A stretch of 64,000 nt of DNA from Candidatus Cloacimonadota bacterium (GTDB lineage: Bacteria; Cloacimonadota; Cloacimonadia; Cloacimonadales; TCS61), in NCBI GenBank assembly GCA_023137125.1, contig JAGLPW010000098.1, forward strand, positions 13,751 through 77,750. Direction: 5' to 3'. The translations under genes and the position numbers were made by a program. Position 1 is the first letter of the stretch. Every line of letters begins with the position of its first letter. Positions 47,473 through 56,318 of the stretch are shown here, piece after piece. The notes under the pieces are model-generated. The model had not been told where the DNA came from, made no database searches, and saw only the letters and a program-made list of their open reading frames with translations.

Positions 47473-47532
47473 TTTATATTATATTAACTTATTTCATTAA
47501 GATTTATAAGCCTCAGGCTTACAAGTCCACCA

Positions 47533-50500
47533 CTATTTTAGCAAGATCATTTTCCTTGTGGATGTATAATGTCCAGAACGCATTTTGTGAAAGTAAACTC
47601 CGGATGAAACATTTCTACCGCTGTCATTTTTTCCATTCCAAACTACATTATGAACACTGGCATTCATCTGTTCATCTACTAATTTCTTAACAAGCTGACC
47701 TTTGATGTTGTAGATATTGAGCGAAATCTTAGAATTCTCTTTGAGAGAATAACTTATTGTCGTTGTTGGGTTGAAAGGATTCGGGTAATTATGGTGTAAA
47801 CTTGTATGCAAAGGAATAAGAACATTATCTGAATCCAGAAGGTCGTTCTCTACTATTTCGGAAGGTGCAGAAGTTCCGCTTTCATAAACTGCTGTCACAT
47901 AGTATTTATAATTTCCGCTTGGTGAATTTATTTCGGAGTAATAAGTATTTTCCGTTGTCTGAATTTCAATGAAATCACCTGCATTATAACTTCGGAATAT
48001 CTTGTAATTCAACACATCGGTGTTGGGAGAATCCCAATTCAGACTAAAATTATTTCCCGAAACTGTCAGAGCTAAATTCTCCGGTGGTTCAAAATAGTTG
48101 AGTGTTGTATCGAAGGTTACGGTTTCTCCTGCATTTATTTCAAATGTGTTGGAGATTGTCTCATAACCTTCTAACAAAAATTCTACTGTGTGCGTACCAA
48201 CAGGTAACGGCAAAAAATACTCACCGGTCTCATTCGGAGTTCCGGCAAAAGTAGAAGAAACAATCTGAACATCAGACAATTCACCCGTTCCGTTTAGAAG
48301 TTCAACAGTTCCAGACAAAAAACCATAACTTGGTAATTGATCACCAGTTAATAGGATATTATCAATATTCCAGTTATGAATAGATGTCCAACCTCCCTCT
48401 ATATAATAGAAAGCAAATTGAAATTCATTAGATCCCACATCTTCGTTATCAATTGTCATATCTATTACAACAGGAACAGGATAGGCTAAGTTATTTACAG
48501 GAAGGTCATCAACAATATGCCAGTTACCGAAATTACTTCTTGTCATTAATTGCAATGTGATATCCGAAGCATAGTTATACAATAAATAAATAAAAGAGAG
48601 ATATAATTCGTTTGCTCCGGCAGTATTAATTACCGGACTTATCAAATGTGCCGTATTACCTGAAAAGGAAGAACCATCTAATTTGATCTCAGGTGATGAT
48701 CCACCCGCTTCTGAAGTATTGCTGATTTCCCAAGGATCATCATTGCCACCTGTTTGTTCTTGAGTCCACCCGAGTGAATTATAATCGGAAAAATCTTCGA
48801 CAAGTAATTGCATTTCTTGTGAAATAACCAGTTGAAATACTCCGGTTTCATTAGAATAATTATCCCCTGATATTGTGTAAGAAAATTCTGCAATATGTCC
48901 TACCGGTGCATTTACAGTAGCTGAAATACTAAATACTGCTGAGAAGTTATATTCTGAGGGGCAATTCCCAGTGTAATATTCAAAGGTATTTAGAACAATA
49001 TATTCATCATTTTCCGAAATCGAGATAGTAGCATTTTCCAATTCATCACCACCGGAGTTGAAAAAGTTTAAAATTAGATCAGTAGTCTCTGCAGGATCAA
49101 GATATTGATTATCACCATCATTTATGATTAATCCTGAGTAGTCTATTACCGGAGAATTTATCGGCAAGTTGAAATGAATTTCAAAATTCTGCAGATCCGT
49201 TTCAATATTCATTGTGATCATTGCCAGATGACCGTCCGGACAGTTTTCTGCAATTTCTATCGAAAAGTCGGAAAGATTTATTCCTGAGCTTCCGGCTAAT
49301 ATCCTGTTATAATCCGATTCATCTTGAATAATAGTGATGTATTCATCAGTGGAAGAAATTTGAGTGTGAATATCGTAAGCGGCTAATGAACCAACATTAT
49401 TTAATACAACATCCAGATCTATAGTCTCACCTACATCGGCTGTTCCGCTGTTATCATCATCGTTAATCGTGATTCCACCGAATAAAAGTTGTGCACCTTG
49501 ATGAGTTAAATGCTCCCCTGTAAAGACAATTGCCATTTCATTTTGCAGGGTCTTAGCCGCAACGGGATATTGATTATTACAAGTATATCCGAGTCCGATC
49601 GTTCCATCCGGATTTTCAATTCCTACAGTAGCATACAATCCGTGATCAACAAAAAAACCGCTGTAAGAACCTACATCGACATTATTTACTTCCAGATATT
49701 GCATTTTTATCACACTGTCACCGAGATAAGTAGGATTTGAATCCACATCATAAAGGATTACCTGAAATGTTTCAGGATCATTATTATACTCATTTATCAT
49801 ATTATCCCATTGAATTATAAATGCATCCAAGGTCGTGTCATATCTATAATAGACATCACCTGTTCTCAGATCATCCCAAAAAACTGCGATAATCGGAGAA
49901 GGACCGGAAGGACCCGGAATATTCCAATTCATAAAAGAAGTGTTGTCGGTGTCTCCCGGAGCTACCCAACCGTTTGAACAAATCGATAATTGATCATAAG
50001 TTTCTCCGTAAAACAGGAATTCTATAGGCAAATTGATGGTTGTGGTTTGCCCTGTATTTCCATTATCATTAAAGTTTAAATTAGTACCTGTGTTGCTGAT
50101 ATCGATCCAATCATATTCCGGAGTTTCAACATATCCTACATCACTGTCGTCATAGCAATAATAACCATATTCGTCGGGTCCAAGCGGATTTTCTACAGAA
50201 ACTTCACCAATTGATAACAGAAATGTTTGAACTTCATCATATCCGGCAGCATCAGTAATTGTAAGCAGCATAGGAATCTGCATTCCTGTGATCAATGATA
50301 AATCAGCGGAAATTGTGAATAGATCTGCTGAATTTTCTACACTTTGTCCCGTATTTATATTTCCGTAATTAGCAAAACCATCAATAATCTCAATTCTATT
50401 GTCAGTGCAAGATAATACACCACTAACAGTATTTCCAGAAACTTGCCCGATATTTTCCAGTGTGATCGTCAGGTTTTTCATATCTCCCGGATCGATAATT

Positions 50501-52860
50501 CCGTTACCTTGAATTTCATAATTATTTACCATCATATTGGGAGCAGATACATTCAAAATAAGATTATCAAACCAAACATTGGAATTATCATCTTCGATCT
50601 CTAATGTAAAAATAATTTCTTGTCCACCATAAACATCTCCATCAACCGTGAAAGCAAAATCATCATTAGCATAAGCCGATCCTCCTGAATTTATCGATCC
50701 GTAATCTGCTGAGTTATTGGTAATATTGATGTCATCAGATTCGCAAGACAGAATAGCACTTACGCCGTTTGCTGTAGTCGTTCCATAATTTTGTAACTCA
50801 ATCCCAAAAGCAATTGTTTCGTTTGAATTAATATATCCATCGTTATTCCCGGCAGAATCATCTATTTGAAAATCTGAATGATTAATAAAAACATCATTTT
50901 CAACTATCTCTATTTCAGAAATATTGGGGATAAAATTATGTTTCGTGACGGTAAGAGTTGCTGTTCCTGTTTCTTCGGGTTCAAACGGAAGTAATACAAA
51001 ACCGTTTTCAGCAGAGAAGGCTGTAGTTTGGATGTCGTTCATAACTATTGTAATCCAAGAGCCGGTAATAGCATCACCGTTTGAATCCGTGACTTGAATT
51101 TCCGTAAAGTTGTTTCCGACATTTATTTCGGAAGGTGCAACAACGTATATTTCTTCGGGAATTGCTGTCCATAGATCCAATCCCGGATCACCCATAAGAT
51201 TGTTCCAATATGAAAACTGTGTAACTTTATTAGCCGGATTTTCGGGATAATTTAAATAGAGATCATTTTTAGCATTTACCAAAGCACCACCGAGATTATA
51301 GATACCTTTGGAAAAAATGCCGTGAAAAATCCCTGCATCGACAATATTATTGAAACAAGTGTGCGTATTAGGTGTAGCAGTCGAGATAGCAGCAATTGCA
51401 CCTTTTGGAACACTGGGTGTACCTGCTCTTAAGAAAGCCTCTGAGTAGGAAGTTTCCGAGGCAAAATTACCTGTATTGCAACTAAGGGATACAGCTATGG
51501 GTAGCATAAAACCGTTGTTCAAACTATTTGTGTTACTGTTATCCCAACCGCTCATTCCTGCAAATCCGCGATAATTGAAATAACTTACACCACCGTTTAT
51601 ACCGCTCGTCATCTGTGAAATCCAAGGTCCCGAATATACTTCTGTGACGTCAAAATCGGGATTGTGCTGTAAGATCATATCTTTGATGAAAATATTTGTA
51701 TCGATACAAGATGTCCCTGAAGTTGTCGGATCACCTACGAGTAATGCTTTTTCATACCACTCGGTCTGATCAAGATATGGCTCTTTCTCGTAATGTAAAA
51801 TTTTACTGACTACAGTTTGTAATTCTAAAATTGAATTGAATGATAATCTGCCAATAAATGCGTCTGCCAGGATGTCATTTCCTTCCAACAATGTATAATA
51901 ATGATCTCCTTCTCCACTATCTACATAACCGGTAGGAATATTAAAGCTACCCGATGCATCACCCACCAGGCAGATGAATTCGGGTTTGTTCTCCCAATTA
52001 TCATATGCATCCTGAATATAACTTTTTATTTGATTTAATGATGTTCCGGTTTCGGCAGTACTTGCTGAGACCACATTAAACCCCTTCTCCCTTTTCCAAT
52101 CTGTGAGATATTCCAAAGTAGAAAGTACTGCTGCATTATTAGGATAGATAAATAAATAACTGGGTTGCTGGAATTCATCGTCACGACTTAAGAATGAATC
52201 GTAGTTTAGTAAACTACTTCGGTAAAGAGGTTCAAATGTTCGTGATTTTTTTCTGTCTGTAGTTTTTATGTTAGTTCCGGGATTGCCGTTCACACTAACC
52301 TCAACTTCTATGTTATTGATCACGTGCAACTCTTCTCTATGAGGATCGTATTGAAAGGCATTTACCGTAACAGCTACAATACGATAATCTCGCATAATTA
52401 CCGGCTCTCCGATCTCTACCTGGCTTTGTGGAAAGGATTGACTTCCATTATAAAAATCTTCATCAATTACAAATTCTCCACGATAAGGATTGCTTTTGGA
52501 ACTAAGCGGTTGCGATGGATAAATTTTTGTGTTAGGTATTACTTGTTCATCAATAGAAGTGATATTGAATGATACTTCACCAACATCAGGAATAGCTATA
52601 AGGCGTGTAAAACGCGGTAAATTCGGCTTCCCCTCTTCAATGAATCTTCCTTCATTTTCATAACTGATTTTGCTGAAAACTTCTTCGTTTTCTATAATCG
52701 TTTCCAGATCATAACCATCTAATTCAAACTGAATTGATGTTTGTGAACGGGAAAGTGAATTGTGGTTAAATAATTGAACGTTATTTTCTACTTCTACCCA
52801 AGCTGCAGAAAGAGATAGAACCAAGAAAATAAGTGCTAGTGTAAATATTAATCTTTTCAT
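47533..52860 (-). CDS. Very large secreted C25-like (gingipain/PorU-type) cysteine peptidase with multiple Ig/FN3-like domains and a T9SS CTD
   Basis: 1775 aa with a signal peptide. The N-terminal third resembles the peptidase C25 layout (EFICLVGDASG...GEGDHYYT; VSLSCNTGNFA as a possible catalytic Cys region). CTD NYPNPFNPTTTISYSL...RKMILLK. The family call is from memory of the motif pattern. Confidence 0.55.
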   Translation of the reverse strand: MKRLIFTLALIFLVLSLSAAWVEVENNVQLFNHNSLSRSQTSIQFELDGYDLETIIENEEVFSKISYENEGRFIEEGKPNLPRFTRLIAIPDVGEVSFNITSIDEQVIPNTKIYPSQPLSSKSNPYRGEFVIDEDFYNGSQSFPQSQVEIGEPVIMRDYRIVAVTVNAFQYDPHREELHVINNIEVEVSVNGNPGTNIKTTDRKKSRTFEPLYRSSLLNYDSFLSRDDEFQQPSYLFIYPNNAAVLSTLEYLTDWKREKGFNVVSASTAETGTSLNQIKSYIQDAYDNWENKPEFICLVGDASGSFNIPTGYVDSGEGDHYYTLLEGNDILADAFIGRLSFNSILELQTVVSKILHYEKEPYLDQTEWYEKALLVGDPTTSGTSCIDTNIFIKDMILQHNPDFDVTEVYSGPWISQMTSGINGGVSYFNYRGFAGMSGWDNSNTNSLNNGFMLPIAVSLSCNTGNFASETSYSEAFLRAGTPSVPKGAIAAISTATPNTHTCFNNIVDAGIFHGIFSKGIYNLGGALVNAKNDLYLNYPENPANKVTQFSYWNNLMGDPGLDLWTAIPEEIYVVAPSEINVGNNFTEIQVTDSNGDAITGSWITIVMNDIQTTAFSAENGFVLLPFEPEETGTATLTVTKHNFIPNISEIEIVENDVFINHSDFQIDDSAGNNDGYINSNETIAFGIELQNYGTTTANGVSAILSCESDDINITNNSADYGSINSGGSAYANDDFAFTVDGDVYGGQEIIFTLEIEDDNSNVWFDNLILNVSAPNMMVNNYEIQGNGIIDPGDMKNLTITLENIGQVSGNTVSGVLSCTDNRIEIIDGFANYGNINTGQSVENSADLFTISADLSLITGMQIPMLLTITDAAGYDEVQTFLLSIGEVSVENPLGPDEYGYYCYDDSDVGYVETPEYDWIDISNTGTNLNFNDNGNTGQTTTINLPIEFLFYGETYDQLSICSNGWVAPGDTDNTSFMNWNIPGPSGPSPIIAVFWDDLRTGDVYYRYDTTLDAFIIQWDNMINEYNNDPETFQVILYDVDSNPTYLGDSVIKMQYLEVNNVDVGSYSGFFVDHGLYATVGIENPDGTIGLGYTCNNQYPVAAKTLQNEMAIVFTGEHLTHQGAQLLFGGITINDDDNSGTADVGETIDLDVVLNNVGSLAAYDIHTQISSTDEYITIIQDESDYNRILAGSSGINLSDFSIEIAENCPDGHLAMITMNIETDLQNFEIHFNLPINSPVIDYSGLIINDGDNQYLDPAETTDLILNFFNSGGDELENATISISENDEYIVLNTFEYYTGNCPSEYNFSAVFSISATVNAPVGHIAEFSYTISGDNYSNETGVFQLVISQEMQLLVEDFSDYNSLGWTQEQTGGNDDPWEISNTSEAGGSSPEIKLDGSSFSGNTAHLISPVINTAGANELYLSFIYLLYNYASDITLQLMTRSNFGNWHIVDDLPVNNLAYPVPVVIDMTIDNEDVGSNEFQFAFYYIEGGWTSIHNWNIDNILLTGDQLPSYGFLSGTVELLNGTGELSDVQIVSSTFAGTPNETGEYFLPLPVGTHTVEFLLEGYETISNTFEINAGETVTFDTTLNYFEPPENLALTVSGNNFSLNWDSPNTDVLNYKIFRSYNAGDFIEIQTTENTYYSEINSPSGNYKYYVTAVYESGTSAPSEIVENDLLDSDNVLIPLHTSLHHNYPNPFNPTTTISYSLKENSKISLNIYNIKGQLVKKLVDEQMNASVHNVVWNGKNDSGRNVSSGVYFHKMRSGHYTSTRKMILLK

Positions 52861-52871
52861 TTCCTCTCACC

Positions 52872-53876
52872 TTATTTCAACAAGATCATCTTCTTAGTGG
52901 AAGTATAAGTGCCTGCTTTTATTTTGTAGAAATAAACTCCTGAAGAAACAGGTTTTTTTTCTTCATCGTCTCCGTTCCAGACAATCTGATGTATTCCTGC
53001 ACCAATTTTTTCATTAACTAACGTCTTAATCTTTTGTCCTTTCAGATTGTAAATGTCAAGATTCACAAACGATGACGTTTGTGCAACCGAAAAGGAAATC
53101 GTAGTCGTCGGGTTGAACGGATTTGGATAGTTACCGATGAGGTCAGTTGAAGGTACTATATCGTTTCCTGCACCAGTTCCTGTGTAAGTAAAATCTATCT
53201 CAATAATTTCGGAAGTACCCTCATCATAAACCGCAGAAACACCTGCCAAGTAGGTTTGTTCATTTACCAGGTCTTCAAATTGAAATTCTGTATCTGTGAT
53301 ATTTTCCAGAAATATTGAATCAAGGTAAATGTCATACCCCGTCAGAACTCTGGAAACAGGAGCATCCCAGGTAAAGAGACCTGTTCCTTCATCTACTGCC
53401 AGATTTTCAGGTGGCAATGTCTGATCAAAAGAAGCGATTGCTTCCGGTACCATATTCAAAGCTTGTTGGTAATAATTACTGCCATACATCAAGATATTGT
53501 TGGCTCCTATAACGATAAAGAAAGGGACATATCCATTTCCAAAATCCCAATAATAATCATCAATTTCAGTAGCAAAAGGCATTGACCAACCAATATCTGA
53601 CCAATCAAACGTGCAAATAAAATATATCTCATCCGGGTTTTGAGTTCCCCACCATGTATTCATAAACGGCGCCGCCGTATAACAGCCACCTCACCAATCT
53701 TCTCCCCAGAAAATTAATATGGCTTTACCAGCCGCTGTAAGTTCATGTATCGAATGATATTCACCATTACTGTCTGTCCATGAATAGTCATCGGTAATTG
53801 GCTCGCCAACTTGCCAAACTGCAAACAATGATATTGTCAACAGCAACATAACGAATACTAATAATTGCTTTTTCAT
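52872..53876 (-). CDS. Thioredoxin-fold (TlpA/ResA-like) protein with an in-frame UGA (probable selenocysteine, UGGC redox motif), an FN3-like domain and a T9SS CTD
   Basis: Tracked ORFs 53691-53876 and 52872-53663 are in the same frame, separated only by a TGA (53691-53693) and 9 sense codons. Merged reading: ...GKAILIFWGEDW-U-GGCYTAAPFMNTWW... Signal peptide at the N-terminus. A SECIS-like hairpin lies downstream of the UGA. Confidence 0.7.
53663..53681 (-). other. SECIS-like stem-loop UAUACGGC-GGC-GCCGUUUA, 13-31 nt after the U of the in-frame UGA
   Basis: Four G:C pairs plus A:U extensions with one U-U mismatch. The apical loop GGC places its Gs at +21/+22. The GC-only 13-mer ACGGCGGCGCCGT stands out in AT-rich DNA. 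Confidence 0.6.
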
Positions 53877-53904
53877 GCTTCACTCCTTTTCATTTTTTTT
53901 CTCC

Positions 53905-55818
53905 TTATTTCATCAAGATCATTTTCTTTGTAGAAGTATATACTCCAGATTTCAATTTGTAAAAATAGATTCCCGAAGAAACAGGTTTGTTGTTTTCATC
54001 ATCTCCATTCCAGACAATCTGATGTATCCCTGCATCCATTTCTTCATTAACCAAAGTCTTGACCTTCTGTCCTTTCAAATTATAGATTATCAGCTCTGTG
54101 CTTTCCGTGTTCTCTGTGGTTAAAGAAAAAGAAATCGTAGTAGTAGGGTTGAACGGATTAGGATAGTTTTTAATCATCTGTATGGCACCTTGTGGCAAGT
54201 TTTCTGATATGCCTACGCCAGAATCACCAAAACCTATAACAGAATACTCTTCCAAAATTGTATTATTGATAGTATCATGATACATCATCCGACCTCCAGC
54301 AAAAACTTCTTCTGTAGAAGGATTAATATCAACACTATTACCCCATTGAGGTCCTATTGCTCCCGGAAAGTTTTCAAATTCTTCATCTATCAAACTCCTC
54401 CAATAAACATCTCCTGTTTCGGCATCCAGCTTTACTGTAATCCAATCTTGCATGGTCGGGAAGATAGGGGGTGGAACTGTATAACTTTGAACAGCATTAT
54501 GGGTTTCTCCAGTTGCAATAACATAACCGGAAGGATCAAAAACCATATCATTGAGCCAATCATTTCCATAAGTATCATTTGGGTCTCCATCAAATTCATA
54601 TACCCAGTCTAATGTTCCGTCAGCAGCATCAAATCTTGCAATACAAAAGTCAACTGATAGACTACCATTGCTGAGAGTTTCGTTTGAAACAAAACCACCA
54701 CCAAAAATTGCATCGCTTGCGTCATCATAAACCAGATACTTACAAATATCAGTTGAGTCAATAAGTCCATTTACCGTAGTACTGACCCATAAAAATTCCC
54801 CATCCTGCGTGTCTATTTGTGCAACTGCAAAATCTTTACCGGTTGTTGATCCGGCCGGTCGTGATAAACCACCTACAAACAGTTCATCACTACTGTTCAT
54901 TGTAAGATTCCATGCCCATAGCGGATTATTATATAAACTTGAGGTTCCATTTGTCCATATGATATTACCATCCGAATCTAATTTTATTACAGAATTTTCT
55001 TCAACACCTACTTCTTCAATAAATTCTCCCTGAACATAAATATTTCCCAGATCATCCGTCTCAACATTTCTGCCACTTCCAAACCGTTCCCCAACTTCTT
55101 TCAACCACAACAGGTCACCATCGCTATTCAGTTTATATATGCCGCAGAATTGATGCGGAAAACCCTGATAATATCTTTGGATAAGCGATACAACAATAAC
55201 ATTGTTGTCGTTGTCCGTTGTAACCCCAAATCCCCAATCGGCAACAGGAAGACTAAAATCCCCTGCAAAATGCCGCGTCCATATAGTATCCTGAGTTGTT
55301 CGATCAAATTTAATGACCATAACATTCTGGCTTGAACCCGGGTAATATGACCGACCGGTAATAACAACATTTTCCTCCTCATCAATAACCATATCATAAG
55401 TTTGTCTGGGAAAATGACCTGAAGTTGTTTGATAAATATTCTTGGTATAATTAACATCTCCGTTGGCTGCGTTAAATTCAATAAAGGTGAGACTTTCATT
55501 ATCTTGTGTGCCCACAGTGAGTACGGTATTATTGCCAGGTTCATAATATACTTCATCACATTGACTCCAATCCGAAGGTAAGTCTGTGTAATGCCATAGG
55601 ATTTCAGGCTCAGTCCGCTCTCTCAATCCATGTGAATTTGTGCTGTTGTTGTGAAGTTTCGTAGTATCTGTTTCATACAATTGACTGTCAGGAATATCTT
55701 GTAAGAAACCGTTTTCATCATATTGCATTTCTGCAAAATCATCCATTCTCCATTGTTGAGCATAAATATTTGCTGTAAACAAAAGAGATACCGCCAAAAT
55801 CAAAATTAAATGTTTCAT
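53905..55818 (-). CDS. Secreted beta-propeller-like protein with a T9SS CTD
   Basis: 637 aa with a signal peptide. Repeated W-anchored blades (IWTRHFAG, LWLKEVG, IWTNGTS, LWVSTTV, DWVYEFDG, YWRSLID). CTD NYPNPFNPTTTISFSL...KKMILMK. Confidence 0.7.
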   Translation of the reverse strand: MKHLILILAVSLLFTANIYAQQWRMDDFAEMQYDENGFLQDIPDSQLYETDTTKLHNNSTNSHGLRERTEPEILWHYTDLPSDWSQCDEVYYEPGNNTVLTVGTQDNESLTFIEFNAANGDVNYTKNIYQTTSGHFPRQTYDMVIDEEENVVITGRSYYPGSSQNVMVIKFDRTTQDTIWTRHFAGDFSLPVADWGFGVTTDNDNNVIVVSLIQRYYQGFPHQFCGIYKLNSDGDLLWLKEVGERFGSGRNVETDDLGNIYVQGEFIEEVGVEENSVIKLDSDGNIIWTNGTSSLYNNPLWAWNLTMNSSDELFVGGLSRPAGSTTGKDFAVAQIDTQDGEFLWVSTTVNGLIDSTDICKYLVYDDASDAIFGGGFVSNETLSNGSLSVDFCIARFDAADGTLDWVYEFDGDPNDTYGNDWLNDMVFDPSGYVIATGETHNAVQSYTVPPPIFPTMQDWITVKLDAETGDVYWRSLIDEEFENFPGAIGPQWGNSVDINPSTEEVFAGGRMMYHDTINNTILEEYSVIGFGDSGVGISENLPQGAIQMIKNYPNPFNPTTTISFSLTTENTESTELIIYNLKGQKVKTLVNEEMDAGIHQIVWNGDDENNKPVSSGIYFYKLKSGVYTSTKKMILMK

Positions 55819-55982
55819 AATTTTTTCCTCCTGTTTTTTTTAATTTTCTTTTCATTACATTTTTTCTGCTTATCTACTGCTATCGATACATTAGATTCCT
55901 TTTTCTTTTTAACATTATCGAATTGCTTTAGCAATAAATCATCATCTTCAATTGATAGGGGAATAATCAATTTATCTCTCAT
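55815..55982 (-). CDS. Possible 55-aa Lys-rich leader ORF, translationally coupled (ATGA overlap) to the 637-aa gene
   Basis: My own translation: MRDKLIIPLSIEDDDLLLKQFDNVKKKKESNVSIAVDKQKKCNEKKIKKNRRKKL. GGAGG RBS 6 nt upstream. The ATG lies 37 nt after the sigma-54 -12 element. Confidence 0.4.
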   Translation of the reverse strand: MRDKLIIPLSIEDDDLLLKQFDNVKKKKESNVSIAVDKQKKCNEKKIKKNRRKKL

Positions 55983-56019
55983 TAAAACCTCCACATTTTT
56001 TTATTTGTAACACTTAGAA

Positions 56020-56035
56020 GCATTTGTTGTGCCAA
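56020..56035 (-). promoter_or_regulatory. Sigma-54 promoter TTGGCACAACAAATGC (minus strand)
   Basis: TGGCAC-N5-ATGC with GG-N10-GC spacing. Same TGGCACA-N4-ATGC form as the sites at 32485 and 63284. Confidence 0.8.
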
Positions 56036-56145
56036 TATGCATCGGAAAGGTTAATGATGAGATAATATGCGTGTAACTTAGTTACCGATAGGCAATTACA
56101 GTTACCTCGAAAATTAATATAGAAATAAAGTAGGATTAAAAATAG

Positions 56146-56257
56146 TCGCAAATATGCGAAAATAAATTGTATAATTTACATAATATATGAGTTATCTTAT
56201 TTAATAGCTTGAGGTTAAAAATATTCGCATGAAATTGTGTGATTCGCAAATATGCGA
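56146..56257. promoter_or_regulatory. Two identical 17-mers TCGCAAATATGCGAAAA (inverted repeat TCGCA-N4-TGCGA) at 56146 and 56244; candidate bEBP enhancer sites
   Basis: Read directly. The copies are 98 bp apart and sit 111 and 209 nt upstream of the sigma-54 promoter, directly downstream of the TPR-bEBP gene. An extra half-site, TTCGCAT, is at 56224. Confidence 0.6.
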
Positions 56258-56318
56258 AAAAAGACGACCTATTCTTTCTCTGATTTACCGGTTATATGAA
56301 TGAAGATATACTTTACAA

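Noticed and set aside
53691-53876. Treating 53691-53876 and 52872-53663 as two independent genes, or as a nonsense-mutated pseudogene
   Set aside because: The second ORF would start without an RBS in the middle of a thioredoxin fold. The stop is a TGA that falls exactly on the catalytic Cys position. A GC-rich hairpin follows at SECIS distance. Pseudogenisation remains the main alternative and is listed under would_refute.
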